A stretch of DNA of 64,000 bases, from the NCBI GenBank assembly GCA_963667015.2, contig CAXXJJ010000001.1, positions 1,920,001-1,984,000 on the forward strand, read 5' to 3'. Below the pieces are notes generated by a model that was not told the origin of the DNA, did no database searches, and was given only the letters and a program-made list of their open reading frames with translations. Position 1 is the stretch's first letter. Every line of letters starts with the position of its first letter. This DNA is from Desulfatiglandales bacterium. GTDB lineage: Bacteria; Desulfobacterota; DSM-4660; Desulfatiglandales; HGW-15. A program made the position numbers and the translations under genes. Of this stretch, positions 26,831 through 37,098 are shown one piece after another.

Positions 26831-29800
26831 TTATTTACTCTTTGCTCTCTTTAGTCTCTCTGCCATCCTTGCTCTCACTGCTCTCTCTGCTTTCTTTGCT
26901 TCCCATTCTTTCATTGCGTCTGCTTTCTGTTGATCAGTCATATATTGTAAAGCGTCAGCTTGAGCTCGAGCTTCGGCTTCTCGTCTCTGGTAATAAGCAT
27001 CATCAGGAGACCCTTCCCAATAGCCTTGATAGGGTGTTCCATATCTATATTCTGTCGTAGGTCTGATTTTGTAACCGTAGTTCTCTGCCATCTTCAAATC
27101 CTTTTTATATTCAACCTCATTGCCCATTTTGCGATATATGTCAGATCTGTATTTATAGCCTAAACAATGTTCTGGATTTTGTTCTATAACCCTGCTGAAA
27201 TCAGAAATGGATTTATCAAGCTGGTTATTCTTTTCATAAGCCAGCCCTCTAAGGATGTAGCTGTTACGTGGTTCAAAAACCATGTAATCAGCTGATAAGA
27301 CTTCAGGTGTCAGTATATATGTTACTCGATAGCGGCGGATAGCTGCATCAGTATGTTTCTTAGCCAAACGATAAGTTGTCACATAAAAAACAGCATCATT
27401 GTGAGTCTTTCCCTCTTTAGAAAAAGTGTAATGGTTGATAAATGCATCAGGATTTTTTGAGATTATCTCTATAGCCCTACTATATTCAAGTATGGCTTTA
27501 TCAAATTCACCCATGCTTTCGTAAGCCATTCCGCAGTTGTTATATGCATTGATAAGATAAGGGTTTAAACCTAATGCTTTATTGTAATCGTTAATCGCCT
27601 GCCTGTATTTACGCTTATTGTTATATACGTCTCCACGAAGCAGGTAAGTTTCGGCATCTCTGTTATTCAGTTCAAGTGCTTTAGAAAAGTCTTTGATAGC
27701 TTTGCTTGAGCTGCTTCCAAATCTTATTCCTAAGTTGCCATCCTGGAGATGGGCAATACCCCTGTTTATGTATGCTAATGAGGATTCGGGATCTATTTTA
27801 ATGGCCCTGGTATAATCTCTAATAGCCTTTGTATATTTTTGGCTTGCATAATAGGCATTGCCCCGATTAATGTACGCATAAATATTTTCAGGATTTTTCT
27901 TTATGGCTTTTTTAAAATCTTTTAAAGCCTTTTTAAAGGCCTCATTAGCCTGTTTATCGTCCTTCAGGATCTGTGTAAATTCCCCCTTATTCGTATACCT
28001 AAAGTATCTACCCATTTTCTCATAATTCTGTATTCGGTAACTGTATTCTTCCCACCTATCCTTATATACCTGTCTCCAGTAACTGTATTCTTTCCACATA
28101 TTCACATATGCCTGTCCCCGGTTATTATACGCTGCAGCATCATCAGGATTTATCTCAATCGCTTTTGTGTAATCACTTACAGCCTGTTTGTAATCCTGTT
28201 TATCCATGTAGGAATTACCGCGAAGCACATACAGCCCGGCATCAGAATCATTCAGTTCTATCTGCCTGCTTAATTCTGCAATTGCAGTATCAATATCTTC
28301 TTTTTTAGAATCATTTGCAGCGTCTTCAGTCCTGTTATTTAAAGCCCTCTTATCGGGAATAGCGCTTGCCTTTGAATCGTGTTTTTCCGCGGTTTTATTT
28401 TGTGTCAGCAGGGCAGGTTTGGCGGAGGGCTGGACGCTGACTGACTCAATTAGCTCTTCAGTTCTATTAATAGCCTTCATATCAACAGATGCCATGACCA
28501 TAACCGGTTTTTCACTCTTCTGAGTAAGTTTTCCTGACAATTCTTTCTGAGGTATTGTCCCTTGCTTCGGTATTGACTGCAACTTGTCTGGAACATCAAC
28601 AGCTTCCGGTTCGGATAAATTTATATGTGTAAGATTCTGATCCCCTTTTGTTACTGAAACACTGTTTATTACTTGCAGCGGTTCCTGTGACACCCTTAAA
28701 GGATCATCATTTTTCACAGCACTGCCCCGGGCATGGAGACCGGCAATACCGAAGGTAAGAACAAGACATATGGAAAAGCCTGTTATCTTAAGGTGCAGTT
28801 TCGTTCCCATGGCAATACTCCTTTTCTTTGAAAGAATCTGTTCTACCCTTTTTCTTAAATTAAAATGTCTGCCTGCCATACCAACAGCCGTTGGATAACT
28901 GCTGATCAAACACACTTTTTTTGTCAGATCCATTAGACATTGTGAATAGACTTTGGGCTGAAGTTCACCTAATACATAGTTGTCGGATACCTCTTCCCTT
29001 GTCTCTTCATGAAGCCTGTTTATCAGATAAACAAACGGATTCCACCAGTGGAAAGCAATTACAAATCTTTTAAATATTCCTGCAACCTGATCATAGTGGT
29101 ATATATGGGCCAGCTCATGCAGCAGTATGCTCTTCATTTCATTTTCAGTAATTATTGATGAGAGTCTCTGCGGAATGATTACAACCGGATTAAAGATGCC
29201 AATTGTCACAGGAGACTTGATCAGGGGTGAACTGTAAAGTTTCGGCAGACGTTTTTTCCAGAACCTCCCGGCAACAGCCTGAAGCATTTTATCATAATTA
29301 TCATTTTTGCAGCTCCGGAGGTTGTTTCGGAATTTTTTTACAATTATAATCCCATACCCCAGCCTCACCATTTGAAACAGAATACCGGCCAGCCAGATGA
29401 GGCCTGCTATATTACTTAAAGGAAATACAGGCAAAACAAATGGAGCAGAATGAGGGGAGATGCCAGGTGCCGGACCTGCTACTTTTTGTATATTTTTTTC
29501 AACAGGAGTGTGTGATAGTACTTTTAGTGGCGGAGTTTTTATTTCATTGTAAGTAATAGACTGGTGAACAGGGGGCATTAAAATACTGTTTTTTGTGTTA
29601 TCCTCTGTAATAAAGGGAAGCGTCGCCTGAGACCATGAAATGCCTTTTATATAAAACCCGATGGAAAGCACAAGTGTCAAACCAAGAGCGATCAGTGTCG
29701 CACTGCAGACAAGACTGCGCACAGGGGCAGATCTTTTAGATAAAAGCTTTAGGACTATAAGCCCGATAAGAGAAATCAGGATTGACTGACCTGCCAGAGT

Positions 29801-29851
29801 GATCAGCAGGCCTCCCATATCATTGTTTAGAATAAGAGAGAAAATATCCAT
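26831..29851 (-). CDS. BlaR1/M56 metallopeptidase fused to TPR domain
   Basis: LLHELAH, WWNPFV, REEVSD; many AYxNRG TPRs. Confidence 0.9.
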   Translation of the reverse strand: MDIFSLILNNDMGGLLITLAGQSILISLIGLIVLKLLSKRSAPVRSLVCSATLIALGLTLVLSIGFYIKGISWSQATLPFITEDNTKNSILMPPVHQSITYNEIKTPPLKVLSHTPVEKNIQKVAGPAPGISPHSAPFVLPVFPLSNIAGLIWLAGILFQMVRLGYGIIIVKKFRNNLRSCKNDNYDKMLQAVAGRFWKKRLPKLYSSPLIKSPVTIGIFNPVVIIPQRLSSIITENEMKSILLHELAHIYHYDQVAGIFKRFVIAFHWWNPFVYLINRLHEETREEVSDNYVLGELQPKVYSQCLMDLTKKVCLISSYPTAVGMAGRHFNLRKRVEQILSKKRSIAMGTKLHLKITGFSICLVLTFGIAGLHARGSAVKNDDPLRVSQEPLQVINSVSVTKGDQNLTHINLSEPEAVDVPDKLQSIPKQGTIPQKELSGKLTQKSEKPVMVMASVDMKAINRTEELIESVSVQPSAKPALLTQNKTAEKHDSKASAIPDKRALNNRTEDAANDSKKEDIDTAIAELSRQIELNDSDAGLYVLRGNSYMDKQDYKQAVSDYTKAIEINPDDAAAYNNRGQAYVNMWKEYSYWRQVYKDRWEEYSYRIQNYEKMGRYFRYTNKGEFTQILKDDKQANEAFKKALKDFKKAIKKNPENIYAYINRGNAYYASQKYTKAIRDYTRAIKIDPESSLAYINRGIAHLQDGNLGIRFGSSSSKAIKDFSKALELNNRDAETYLLRGDVYNNKRKYRQAINDYNKALGLNPYLINAYNNCGMAYESMGEFDKAILEYSRAIEIISKNPDAFINHYTFSKEGKTHNDAVFYVTTYRLAKKHTDAAIRRYRVTYILTPEVLSADYMVFEPRNSYILRGLAYEKNNQLDKSISDFSRVIEQNPEHCLGYKYRSDIYRKMGNEVEYKKDLKMAENYGYKIRPTTEYRYGTPYQGYWEGSPDDAYYQRREAEARAQADALQYMTDQQKADAMKEWEAKKAERAVRARMAERLKRAKSK

Positions 29852-29855
29852 TTAT

Positions 29856-30245
29856 TTACTCCTCATATTTATCGATTAGTTCCTGCAGCTGTCTTATCTC
29901 ATCCGGTGTAACAGTAGAATGATTAAAAAAGGCTTTTACCATTTCGACACAGGATCCTCCAAAAACCCGATTTCCAATATCGAAAGCAAGGGCTGCAGAA
30001 GCCTCGCTGCGTGGTTTTGTAGACTGGTAGATAAACTTGTTTCCTTCCTGCCGGTGCACCAGCCATCCTTTTTCCTCAAGTCTCCCTGCCTGAACCTTAA
30101 TGGTAGACCGTGTCAGATTTCGGTCATTTGCAGCATTGACTTCCCGCATGATTTCAGTCACGGTCAATTCCCCTGCTTTCCATACTGCATCCATAATTTC
30201 AAATTCCGCGGGTGTGAGTTTTGGTAAGCTGCTTTTTTTCATCAT
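29856..30245 (-). CDS. blaI: BlaI/MecI/CopY family repressor
   Basis: LTPAEFEIMDAVW...RLEEKGWL...FGGS. Confidence 0.92.
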   Translation of the reverse strand: MMKKSSLPKLTPAEFEIMDAVWKAGELTVTEIMREVNAANDRNLTRSTIKVQAGRLEEKGWLVHRQEGNKFIYQSTKPRSEASAALAFDIGNRVFGGSCVEMVKAFFNHSTVTPDEIRQLQELIDKYEE

Positions 30246-30257
30246 TTCAAATCTCCC

Positions 30258-30304
30258 TGGTTACATTTGTCACTAATTATGGCGACAACTGTAACCAATG
30301 TCAA
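30258..30304 (-). promoter_or_regulatory. Sigma70 promoter with two BlaI-type operators
   Basis: TTGACA(30299-30304)-N17-CATAAT; TACAttTGTC and GACAacTGTA in an inverted repeat. Confidence 0.85.
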
Positions 30305-30337
30305 CATTTTTTTTCAGAGATGGATTCCCTTAAAAAA

Positions 30338-31639
30338 TTATCTGACAAGTCCGGGAAGATAGAGAACAATATCCGGAAATATGATCAAGATGATCAATCC
30401 AAGGATCATTGCCCCCAGAAAAGGGAATATTCCCTTAAAAATTGTATGCAGGTCAATATCCTGTGCTATGCCCTTAATGACATAAACATTGATGCCGACC
30501 GGCGGGGTTATGGCCCCGGTTTCCAGCAGTATTACAATGATCACCCCGAACCAGATAGGATCAAAACCGGCCTTTATTATCATTGGGAAAAAGATATTGA
30601 TGGTTATTATCAAAAAGGAAAGAGGGTCCATAACACATCCGCCAATCATGTAGATTCCCATGATACAGAGAAGGACCACATATGGTGAGGCGTCCAGGCC
30701 TCCTACCCATGATGCCAGGGCCTGGGGTAAACCGCTTACAGTTAAAAAGCGGCTGAAGATCATTGCGCTTGCCACAATTAAAAGCACCATTGAGGATGTG
30801 CGTGTTGTGTTCAGAAGGGCTTTTTTAAACCCTTTCCAGGACAGGCTTCGTTTCACCACGCCGATTGCTATAGCGCATGCAGCACCTATGCCTGCTGCTT
30901 CTGTAGGTGTGAACCACCCGATAAGAAGGCCTCCTATTACCAGTGAAAATAATAGAATCATCTCGATTGTGCCGGACAGGGATTTTAATTTATCTTTAAA
31001 GGTGCTTTTAGGCGCAGGTGATCCAAGGGAAGGGTTAATGATGCACATGGCAAGAATCACAAGGGTGAACAGCCCGGAAAGAAGAATCCCGGGCAGGATA
31101 CCCGCTATAAACAGTTTGCCGATGGAAAGCTCGGTCTGTATTCCATAGACGATCAAGACAATACTGGGGGGAATAAGTATGCCAAGGGTTCCCCCTGCTG
31201 CTACTGTGCCTGTTGCAAAGGATGGATCATAATCATTCTTTCTCATTTCCGGAAGACCTACAGTCCCCATGGTTGCTGCGGTAGCCGTGCTGGAGCCGCA
31301 TATGGCTGCAAAACCTGCACAGGCTCCTATAGTGGCAACCGCCAGACCACCCGGGATAAAACCTAGCCATGCATTGGCAGTGCGGTATATCCTTTTACTG
31401 ATGCCGGAGTGAAAGGCTATTTCGCCCATTAACACAAAGAGCGGAACAACCAGCATGGTATATGAAGAAAACTGGTAATAGAAGCTGTCACTGAGCAGAA
31501 ACAGGCCCCCATCTATGGATGTGAGATAGGAAAAACCCACAAATCCTACAAGGATCATTGTAAAGGCAATGGGCATTCCCAGAATCATCAGGAGCACCAT
31601 GATTATTATTCCGCAGGTCCCGGCAAACTCTCCGCTCAT
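30338..31639 (-). CDS. dctM: TRAP transporter large permease
   Basis: GTLGILIPPSIVL, ITPPVGIN. Confidence 0.95.
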   Translation of the reverse strand: MSGEFAGTCGIIIMVLLMILGMPIAFTMILVGFVGFSYLTSIDGGLFLLSDSFYYQFSSYTMLVVPLFVLMGEIAFHSGISKRIYRTANAWLGFIPGGLAVATIGACAGFAAICGSSTATAATMGTVGLPEMRKNDYDPSFATGTVAAGGTLGILIPPSIVLIVYGIQTELSIGKLFIAGILPGILLSGLFTLVILAMCIINPSLGSPAPKSTFKDKLKSLSGTIEMILLFSLVIGGLLIGWFTPTEAAGIGAACAIAIGVVKRSLSWKGFKKALLNTTRTSSMVLLIVASAMIFSRFLTVSGLPQALASWVGGLDASPYVVLLCIMGIYMIGGCVMDPLSFLIITINIFFPMIIKAGFDPIWFGVIIVILLETGAITPPVGINVYVIKGIAQDIDLHTIFKGIFPFLGAMILGLIILIIFPDIVLYLPGLVR

Positions 31640-32130
31640 CTGTTTTTTCTCCCTGAGAACAGGTTTATCAGGTCGATAAACAAAACAAGGGTGAGCGCCG
31701 CACAGCCAAGTGATACAAAGGCTGCAAAGGGCGTGAGGGGGATTTTTAATACCTCCGACAGCTCCCCGACACTATGGGTCTGTTTTGTAAAAAGGAATGT
31801 CTGCCAGGACATTATCCCGAACATGATTATTCCGATCGTGTCTGTAATACCTGTAATGATAATGCGCGGAAGTTCGGGCAGTTTGTCTAGAAAAAGGGTA
31901 ATACGGATATGGCCCTTGAGCACCTGTGTATAGGCTATGGCGCAGGCAATGACAATTACCCCGAGCTGGCTGACTATATCCACGGTTCCCTTTAGCGGGA
32001 TCCCGAATATACTCCGCGCCAGGACGTTGACACACACGATGGTCATTACTGCAACAATGGCAATGGCTGCGAGCCAGTTAAGCCATCGGGCGATTAAGTT
32101 TGCGGTTTTTTCTGCAACAGTCATTATCAA
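31636..32130 (-). CDS. dctQ: TRAP transporter small permease
   Basis: 4 TM, GHIRI motif, between dctP and dctM. Confidence 0.9.
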   Translation of the reverse strand: MIMTVAEKTANLIARWLNWLAAIAIVAVMTIVCVNVLARSIFGIPLKGTVDIVSQLGVIVIACAIAYTQVLKGHIRITLFLDKLPELPRIIITGITDTIGIIMFGIMSWQTFLFTKQTHSVGELSEVLKIPLTPFAAFVSLGCAALTLVLFIDLINLFSGRKNR

Positions 32131-33155
32131 TACTGTGCGTTATATTTTTCAAGGAGCCGGTTGAATTCATCAAGCCATTCCTTTGCGGGAAGTCCCCTGG
32201 CCGTATTCTCTTTGAGCCAGTCGTCGGTCAATGTCTTAAGTATCTGCATCATTTTTTCTTTTTCTTCAGGAGATACAACGGTCTTTTTTACACCGTTTTC
32301 AATTGCATAGGATAACCCGTCCTGTGCTTCCTTATGGGCAAAGTTGCCTGACCAGATACTGTGCTCCATTTTCATATCTTCTATCACGCTTTTTACATCA
32401 TCCGGCCATGAGTTAAATCTCTTTTCCTCTACGATCGTAAACATCACCCCTGCAGGGGCAGGGAAGGGTGTAATATATTCAACCACTTCATTGAATTTAA
32501 AGGGGCGTATTATCTCAAAGGTCGTATAATTGCCCTTGATGATATTTTTCTGCAGGGCTTCATAGATTTCCGATACGGGCAGGAACACGGGGGATGCACC
32601 AAGTTTTTCCAGTGCCGGTACCCCTGTTCCGGTTGCCCTTATTTCTTTACCCCTGAGATCTTCTAATGAAGTCACAGGGAACTTTCCAAAAAAACCGCAG
32701 CCGTTTTCACCCAGCCCGTTGCAGCTGAAGGAGACTACCTTGACACCCTTGAACTCGGGCGGATCAAACATGTTGTACATGTCCCAGGCTATTTGAATGG
32801 GCACCATGGTATGCTTATAGGGGTGGGGATAATTTAAAAGCGCCATCATGGGAAAACGTTCGGGCCTGAATGAGGATACATTCATTCCCACATCAGCAAC
32901 ACCCCTTGAGATGCCCTCAATGGTATTTTTACCATTTAAAAGCGTTGCACTGTACATGGGTTTAACTTTCACCTTATGATTCGTCCGTGTCTCCACCATT
33001 TCTATCCATTTGGCGGTTGCCTGACCGGGAGGTGAGGTCTTTGAAGTCCAGTTGGTAAATGTCAGTTCCAGGTCGGTTTTTTCAGATGAACAACCCGCTG
33101 CGAAAAATAAAAATACAGCTGTGATCGCTATGTTTTGGATAAGTATTTTTTTCAT
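32127..33155 (-). CDS. dctP: TRAP substrate-binding lipoprotein
   Basis: AAGC lipobox, PVTSLEDLRGKEIR, EIYEALQK. Confidence 0.92.
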   Translation of the reverse strand: MKKILIQNIAITAVFLFFAAGCSSEKTDLELTFTNWTSKTSPPGQATAKWIEMVETRTNHKVKVKPMYSATLLNGKNTIEGISRGVADVGMNVSSFRPERFPMMALLNYPHPYKHTMVPIQIAWDMYNMFDPPEFKGVKVVSFSCNGLGENGCGFFGKFPVTSLEDLRGKEIRATGTGVPALEKLGASPVFLPVSEIYEALQKNIIKGNYTTFEIIRPFKFNEVVEYITPFPAPAGVMFTIVEEKRFNSWPDDVKSVIEDMKMEHSIWSGNFAHKEAQDGLSYAIENGVKKTVVSPEEKEKMMQILKTLTDDWLKENTARGLPAKEWLDEFNRLLEKYNAQY

Positions 33156-33469
33156 ATTATAATTTGATCCTCCTTGATCATTGGCCTGGAATTTATATCG
33201 TAAATCCCAGATCTAATCAACTTTTCCATTCTATAAGTTATCCTGTTTTTTTGTAAGTTAGCTAAATTTGCTAATATTATGATTAAACTGGAATTTTATA
33301 TGATTATTTATTTTATGACAGACAATAAAAATAGCATTTACATATAAAAAAAAGGTTTTATTTTTAAAAAAAAGGTATAATACCTTGCAGTTTTTGAAAA
33401 AGGTGCTTCGCTTCCAGACTTAATCCGGTTTCGCGGAAATGGCAGCTGGTTTTATTAAAAGGAGCTATT

Positions 33470-34738
33470 ATGGAAATAACAGGTTCCTATATAAACTATC
33501 TTAACATGTCCAGTCTTCTGGCTCCCCTTGGGGTGTCAGGTTCGGCTGATTATGTAACCCATGTTTTTTCTACCAGTGTAGCGGAACTTCAGGACAGAAT
33601 TGACCAGCAGCTATTCTCTAAGGAGTCCTCCAGGGCTCTGTCCGAATTATACAGCCAGGTGACTAATCTTTCCCTTCTGGCAGATAAATTAACAGTAAGT
33701 GATACCAATTCAGTTTTCAATGATCGTACGGCGGAATCTTCTGACAGCAGTGTTCTAACTGCCACGGCCTGGGACGCATATTCGCCGAGTACAGGCGCAA
33801 CGGAAGCCACCTATGATGTATCTGTTTCCCAGCTTGCTCAGGGGCAGGAAAATACCAGTGCGGCACTGGCCGGTGCCGGTGAAAGTGTTGTTGATGCCGG
33901 AATAAATGTTTTTTCTTTCACTGTAGATGAACAGGATTATGAACTGACCATTACAGTAGCAGCCGATGCTACAAATGGAGATGTTCTTTATGAAATAGGC
34001 AGGGTTATTAACCAGAAAGTTCCCGGGGTAGCAGCTGAAATAATCGAGAATGAAGGAACATTGAATCTGACCCTGACATCCCATGCTACAGGCTCAGAGG
34101 CAGCTTTTACAGTTTCTGATATATCAGGCAATGCAGTTGCCGCAACGGGTCTTGATAATGTAACAGCAGAGGCCACTGACGCGGTCTATTCGGTTGATGG
34201 ACAAAACCTTACCTCGGATGTTAATTCCGTATATCTTGACAATGGGGCTGTTCATGTAAATCTTTATGGGACAGGAGATGCGACTCTGGATGTGGGACCG
34301 GATGAAACGGCTGTATATAATGCAGTTACATCCATGGCCTATGGGATTAACAGTTATATGGATTTTTATAACGAGAACAGTGATTATTTAAGAGAGGATC
34401 TTCTATCTTCCCTGAACAGCCTTTTAACCGATCATGAGAGATCTCTGGCGTCGATTGGAATATCATTAAACAGTGATGGGATTCTCCAGATAAATGAGTA
34501 TAGCCTGACCAATGCAATAAACCAGAATCCTTCGGCGGTTGAAGATATTTTTTCCTCTATTGGCGGCCTGGCAGAAGAGATCAGCGGCTATACATCGAAA
34601 GTCGCCTCGGAATCGCCTCTCAGTTATGCAAAAGAAGCGGACAGCCTGAGCAAACAGTTTATAGACTTTATTTATGACTCTTCCGCAATACAGTTGAAAC
34701 AGCTTCTTGTAGGATCATTACTTAGTGTGTATGTTTAA
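33470..34738 (+). CDS. FliD-like flagellar cap family protein
   Basis: SSDSSVLTATA, YDVSVSQLAQGQ, LASIGISLNSDGILQI. Confidence 0.7.
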   Translation: MEITGSYINYLNMSSLLAPLGVSGSADYVTHVFSTSVAELQDRIDQQLFSKESSRALSELYSQVTNLSLLADKLTVSDTNSVFNDRTAESSDSSVLTATAWDAYSPSTGATEATYDVSVSQLAQGQENTSAALAGAGESVVDAGINVFSFTVDEQDYELTITVAADATNGDVLYEIGRVINQKVPGVAAEIIENEGTLNLTLTSHATGSEAAFTVSDISGNAVAATGLDNVTAEATDAVYSVDGQNLTSDVNSVYLDNGAVHVNLYGTGDATLDVGPDETAVYNAVTSMAYGINSYMDFYNENSDYLREDLLSSLNSLLTDHERSLASIGISLNSDGILQINEYSLTNAINQNPSAVEDIFSSIGGLAEEISGYTSKVASESPLSYAKEADSLSKQFIDFIYDSSAIQLKQLLVGSLLSVYV

Positions 34739-34862
34739 TTCCGCCTTCTTTTCCTGATCATATCTTCTATACCTGCATTCGAGATAACAATTAACGTGTT
34801 AACTGACGCCGGCTGCCCGGCAAAGAAGCCGCGAAGCTGAAAACCAGTGCCGGATATTTAAC

Positions 34863-34891
34863 TTGACGCCGATCTCAAATACCCGTATGAT
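34863..34891 (+). promoter_or_regulatory. Sigma70 promoter upstream of rhlE
   Basis: TTGACG-N17-TATGAT. Confidence 0.7.
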
Positions 34892-34933
34892 ATTGCTTTA
34901 AAAGTGTTCTTGGTAGTAATTTAAAAATCACAT

Positions 34934-34963
34934 AAGCCCCGGAATATCTCCGGGGCTTTTTTT
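34934..34963 (+). terminator. Intrinsic terminator in rhlE leader
   Basis: aagccccgga/tccggggctt stem then T7. Confidence 0.8.
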
Positions 34964-35000
34964 GTCTAATATGTATTAGCAAAAAGAAAGAAGGTATCTA

Positions 35001-36239
35001 TTGAAATTTGAAGCATTTAATTTTCATCCATCTGTAGCCGCAGGTGTTGCAGCCGCAGGTTATGAAATTCCTACCCCTATTCAGTCTATGGCAATTCCAA
35101 AGGTTGTTGAGGGGCATGATATAATGGGCCTGGCCCAGACCGGAACCGGTAAAACCGCAGCATTTGCTCTGCCCATACTTAATCGACTTTTAAAGGGTAA
35201 ACAAGGACAGGTCCGCGCCCTGATTATTGCCCCTACACGTGAACTGGCAGAGCAGATTCATCAGTCCTTTGAATCCCTCGGCCGTAAGACCCATTTGAAA
35301 AGCGTTCCTGTCTACGGCGGTGTGGGCATTAATCCTCAGATTCAGAAACTTAAGCGGGCCGATGTAGTTGTTGCCTGCCCTGGCCGTCTGCTTGATCATA
35401 TTGACCGTCACAGCATCAATCTTTCAAAACTGGAAGTGCTGGTAGTTGATGAGGCTGACCATCTGTTTGACATGGGATTTCTTCCCAGCATCAGACAGAT
35501 ATTAAAACATCTTCCGGAAAAGCGGCAGACTCTGCTTTTCTCGGCAACAATGCCCTTTGAAATTAATCGACTTGCAAAGGATATACTGCGGGACCCATCT
35601 ACTGTCCGGGCGGGAAACACTGCGCCGGCCGAAACTGTAAGCCACGCTATGTATCCTGTAGCTCATCATTTGAAAACAGCTCTTTTAATAAAACTTCTAG
35701 GGAATACTGATACCGGGTCTGTACTGATCTTTACCCGGACCAAACATCGTGCCAGGAGCCTGGAGAAAAAAATCGCTGCTGCGGGGTATCGGTCGGCGTC
35801 ACTCCAGGGGAACCTCTCACAGTCACGACGCCAGGAAGCACTTGACGGCTTTCGAAGCGGTAAATTTCAGATTCTGGTCGCAACGGATATCGCTGCCCGG
35901 GGTATTGATGTTTCCCGGATTTCCCATGTCATAAACTATGATATCCCTGATACTCCCGAGGCGTATATTCATCGTATCGGAAGGACAGGAAGGGCAACCC
36001 GCACCGGTGAAGCCTTTACCCTTATTACCAGGGAAGACAGGAATATGGTGATAGCTATCAATAGAGTTATTGGCTGCAAGGTTGAGGAGCGTACCCTGTC
36101 TGCATTCGATTATGAATCACCTGCGCCTGATCCCAAAAACCGCTCAAATGAAAGAAGAGTTTTCCAGCCGAAATTTTCCGGAGTGAAAAGGAACAGCAGT
36201 AAAAGGAAATCTTCTCCCCGGATGTTTAGTGCATCATAG
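35001..36239 (+). CDS. rhlE: DEAD-box RNA helicase, RhlE-like
   Basis: AQTGTGKT, PTRELA, DEAD, SAT, HRIGRTGRA. Confidence 0.93.
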   Translation: MKFEAFNFHPSVAAGVAAAGYEIPTPIQSMAIPKVVEGHDIMGLAQTGTGKTAAFALPILNRLLKGKQGQVRALIIAPTRELAEQIHQSFESLGRKTHLKSVPVYGGVGINPQIQKLKRADVVVACPGRLLDHIDRHSINLSKLEVLVVDEADHLFDMGFLPSIRQILKHLPEKRQTLLFSATMPFEINRLAKDILRDPSTVRAGNTAPAETVSHAMYPVAHHLKTALLIKLLGNTDTGSVLIFTRTKHRARSLEKKIAAAGYRSASLQGNLSQSRRQEALDGFRSGKFQILVATDIAARGIDVSRISHVINYDIPDTPEAYIHRIGRTGRATRTGEAFTLITREDRNMVIAINRVIGCKVEERTLSAFDYESPAPDPKNRSNERRVFQPKFSGVKRNSSKRKSSPRMFSAS

Positions 36240-36255
36240 TCTATTACAAAGAAAA

Positions 36256-36289
36256 AAACAGCCCTGACCCCTATTGGCCCGGGCTGTTT
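36256..36289. terminator. Hairpin between convergent genes
   Basis: aaacagccc...gggctgttt. Confidence 0.6.
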
Positions 36290-37025
36290 AATAGAGTGCG
36301 AACTCGTACCTGTAACCAACCCGGTGAACGGTTTTTATGAGGCATGGATTGGACGGGTCTTTTTCAATCTTTTTCCTTAGTTGAGCGATATGTTGATCAA
36401 GTGTGCGGGTTGTGCCGTAGTAATCAATTCCCCATACGGCATTCAGGAGCTGGTCTCTGCTAAGAACTTCATTCGGATGCAAATAAAAACAGCGTAACAG
36501 AGATATCTCTCTTTCGGATAGATCAATACTTTTATTTTCCACTGTCATTCTGAATTTTTTGGTATCAACAATCGCATCACCAAACCGGAAAGATTCAGGA
36601 GTATCTGAGCTGTCTTTCTGCTGATCGTGATTTCGCCTGCAGCGCCTGAGGACTGCCTGGATCCTTGCAAGGAGTTCATGCACTCCAAAGGGCTTGGAAA
36701 TATAATCATCCGCACCCAGTTGAAGACCAACTACCTTGTCTATCTCTTCGCTTTTCGCAGTAAGCATAATAATGGGGGTGACTTCATCCTTTGCACGGAT
36801 TTGTTTGCATACATCATACCCGCTTATTTCAGGCATCATGATATCGAGCAGGATGAGGTCATATTTTCCCGCTTCAAACAGTTGAAATGCTTCTTTGCCA
36901 TTGGTTGCAGCTGTAACACTGTAGCCTTCACTTTCCAGTGTATCAACAAGACCGGTAAGGATGTTGGGATCGTCTTCCGCAACCAGTATTGATATTGATG
37001 TCATCTTTTTTCTCCATAAGTTCAA
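36288..37025 (-). CDS. OmpR-family response regulator
   Basis: ILVAEDD, LLDIMMP, winged-helix C-terminus. Confidence 0.95.
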   Translation of the reverse strand: MNLWRKKMTSISILVAEDDPNILTGLVDTLESEGYSVTAATNGKEAFQLFEAGKYDLILLDIMMPEISGYDVCKQIRAKDEVTPIIMLTAKSEEIDKVVGLQLGADDYISKPFGVHELLARIQAVLRRCRRNHDQQKDSSDTPESFRFGDAIVDTKKFRMTVENKSIDLSEREISLLRCFYLHPNEVLSRDQLLNAVWGIDYYGTTRTLDQHIAQLRKKIEKDPSNPCLIKTVHRVGYRYEFALY

Positions 37026-37073
37026 TGACAGAAATTATTCTTATTTGTCTTTCAATTTCGATATGCCTGTTAA

Positions 37074-37098
37074 AGGGCACGGTGCGCCGTGCCCCTAC
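37074..37098 (-). repeat. GTAG-type REP-like hairpin
   Basis: gtaggggcacggcgcaccgtgccc. Confidence 0.65.

Noticed and set aside
33400..33465. Riboswitch upstream of FliD-like gene
   Set aside because: Small hairpin only; no aptamer consensus recognised
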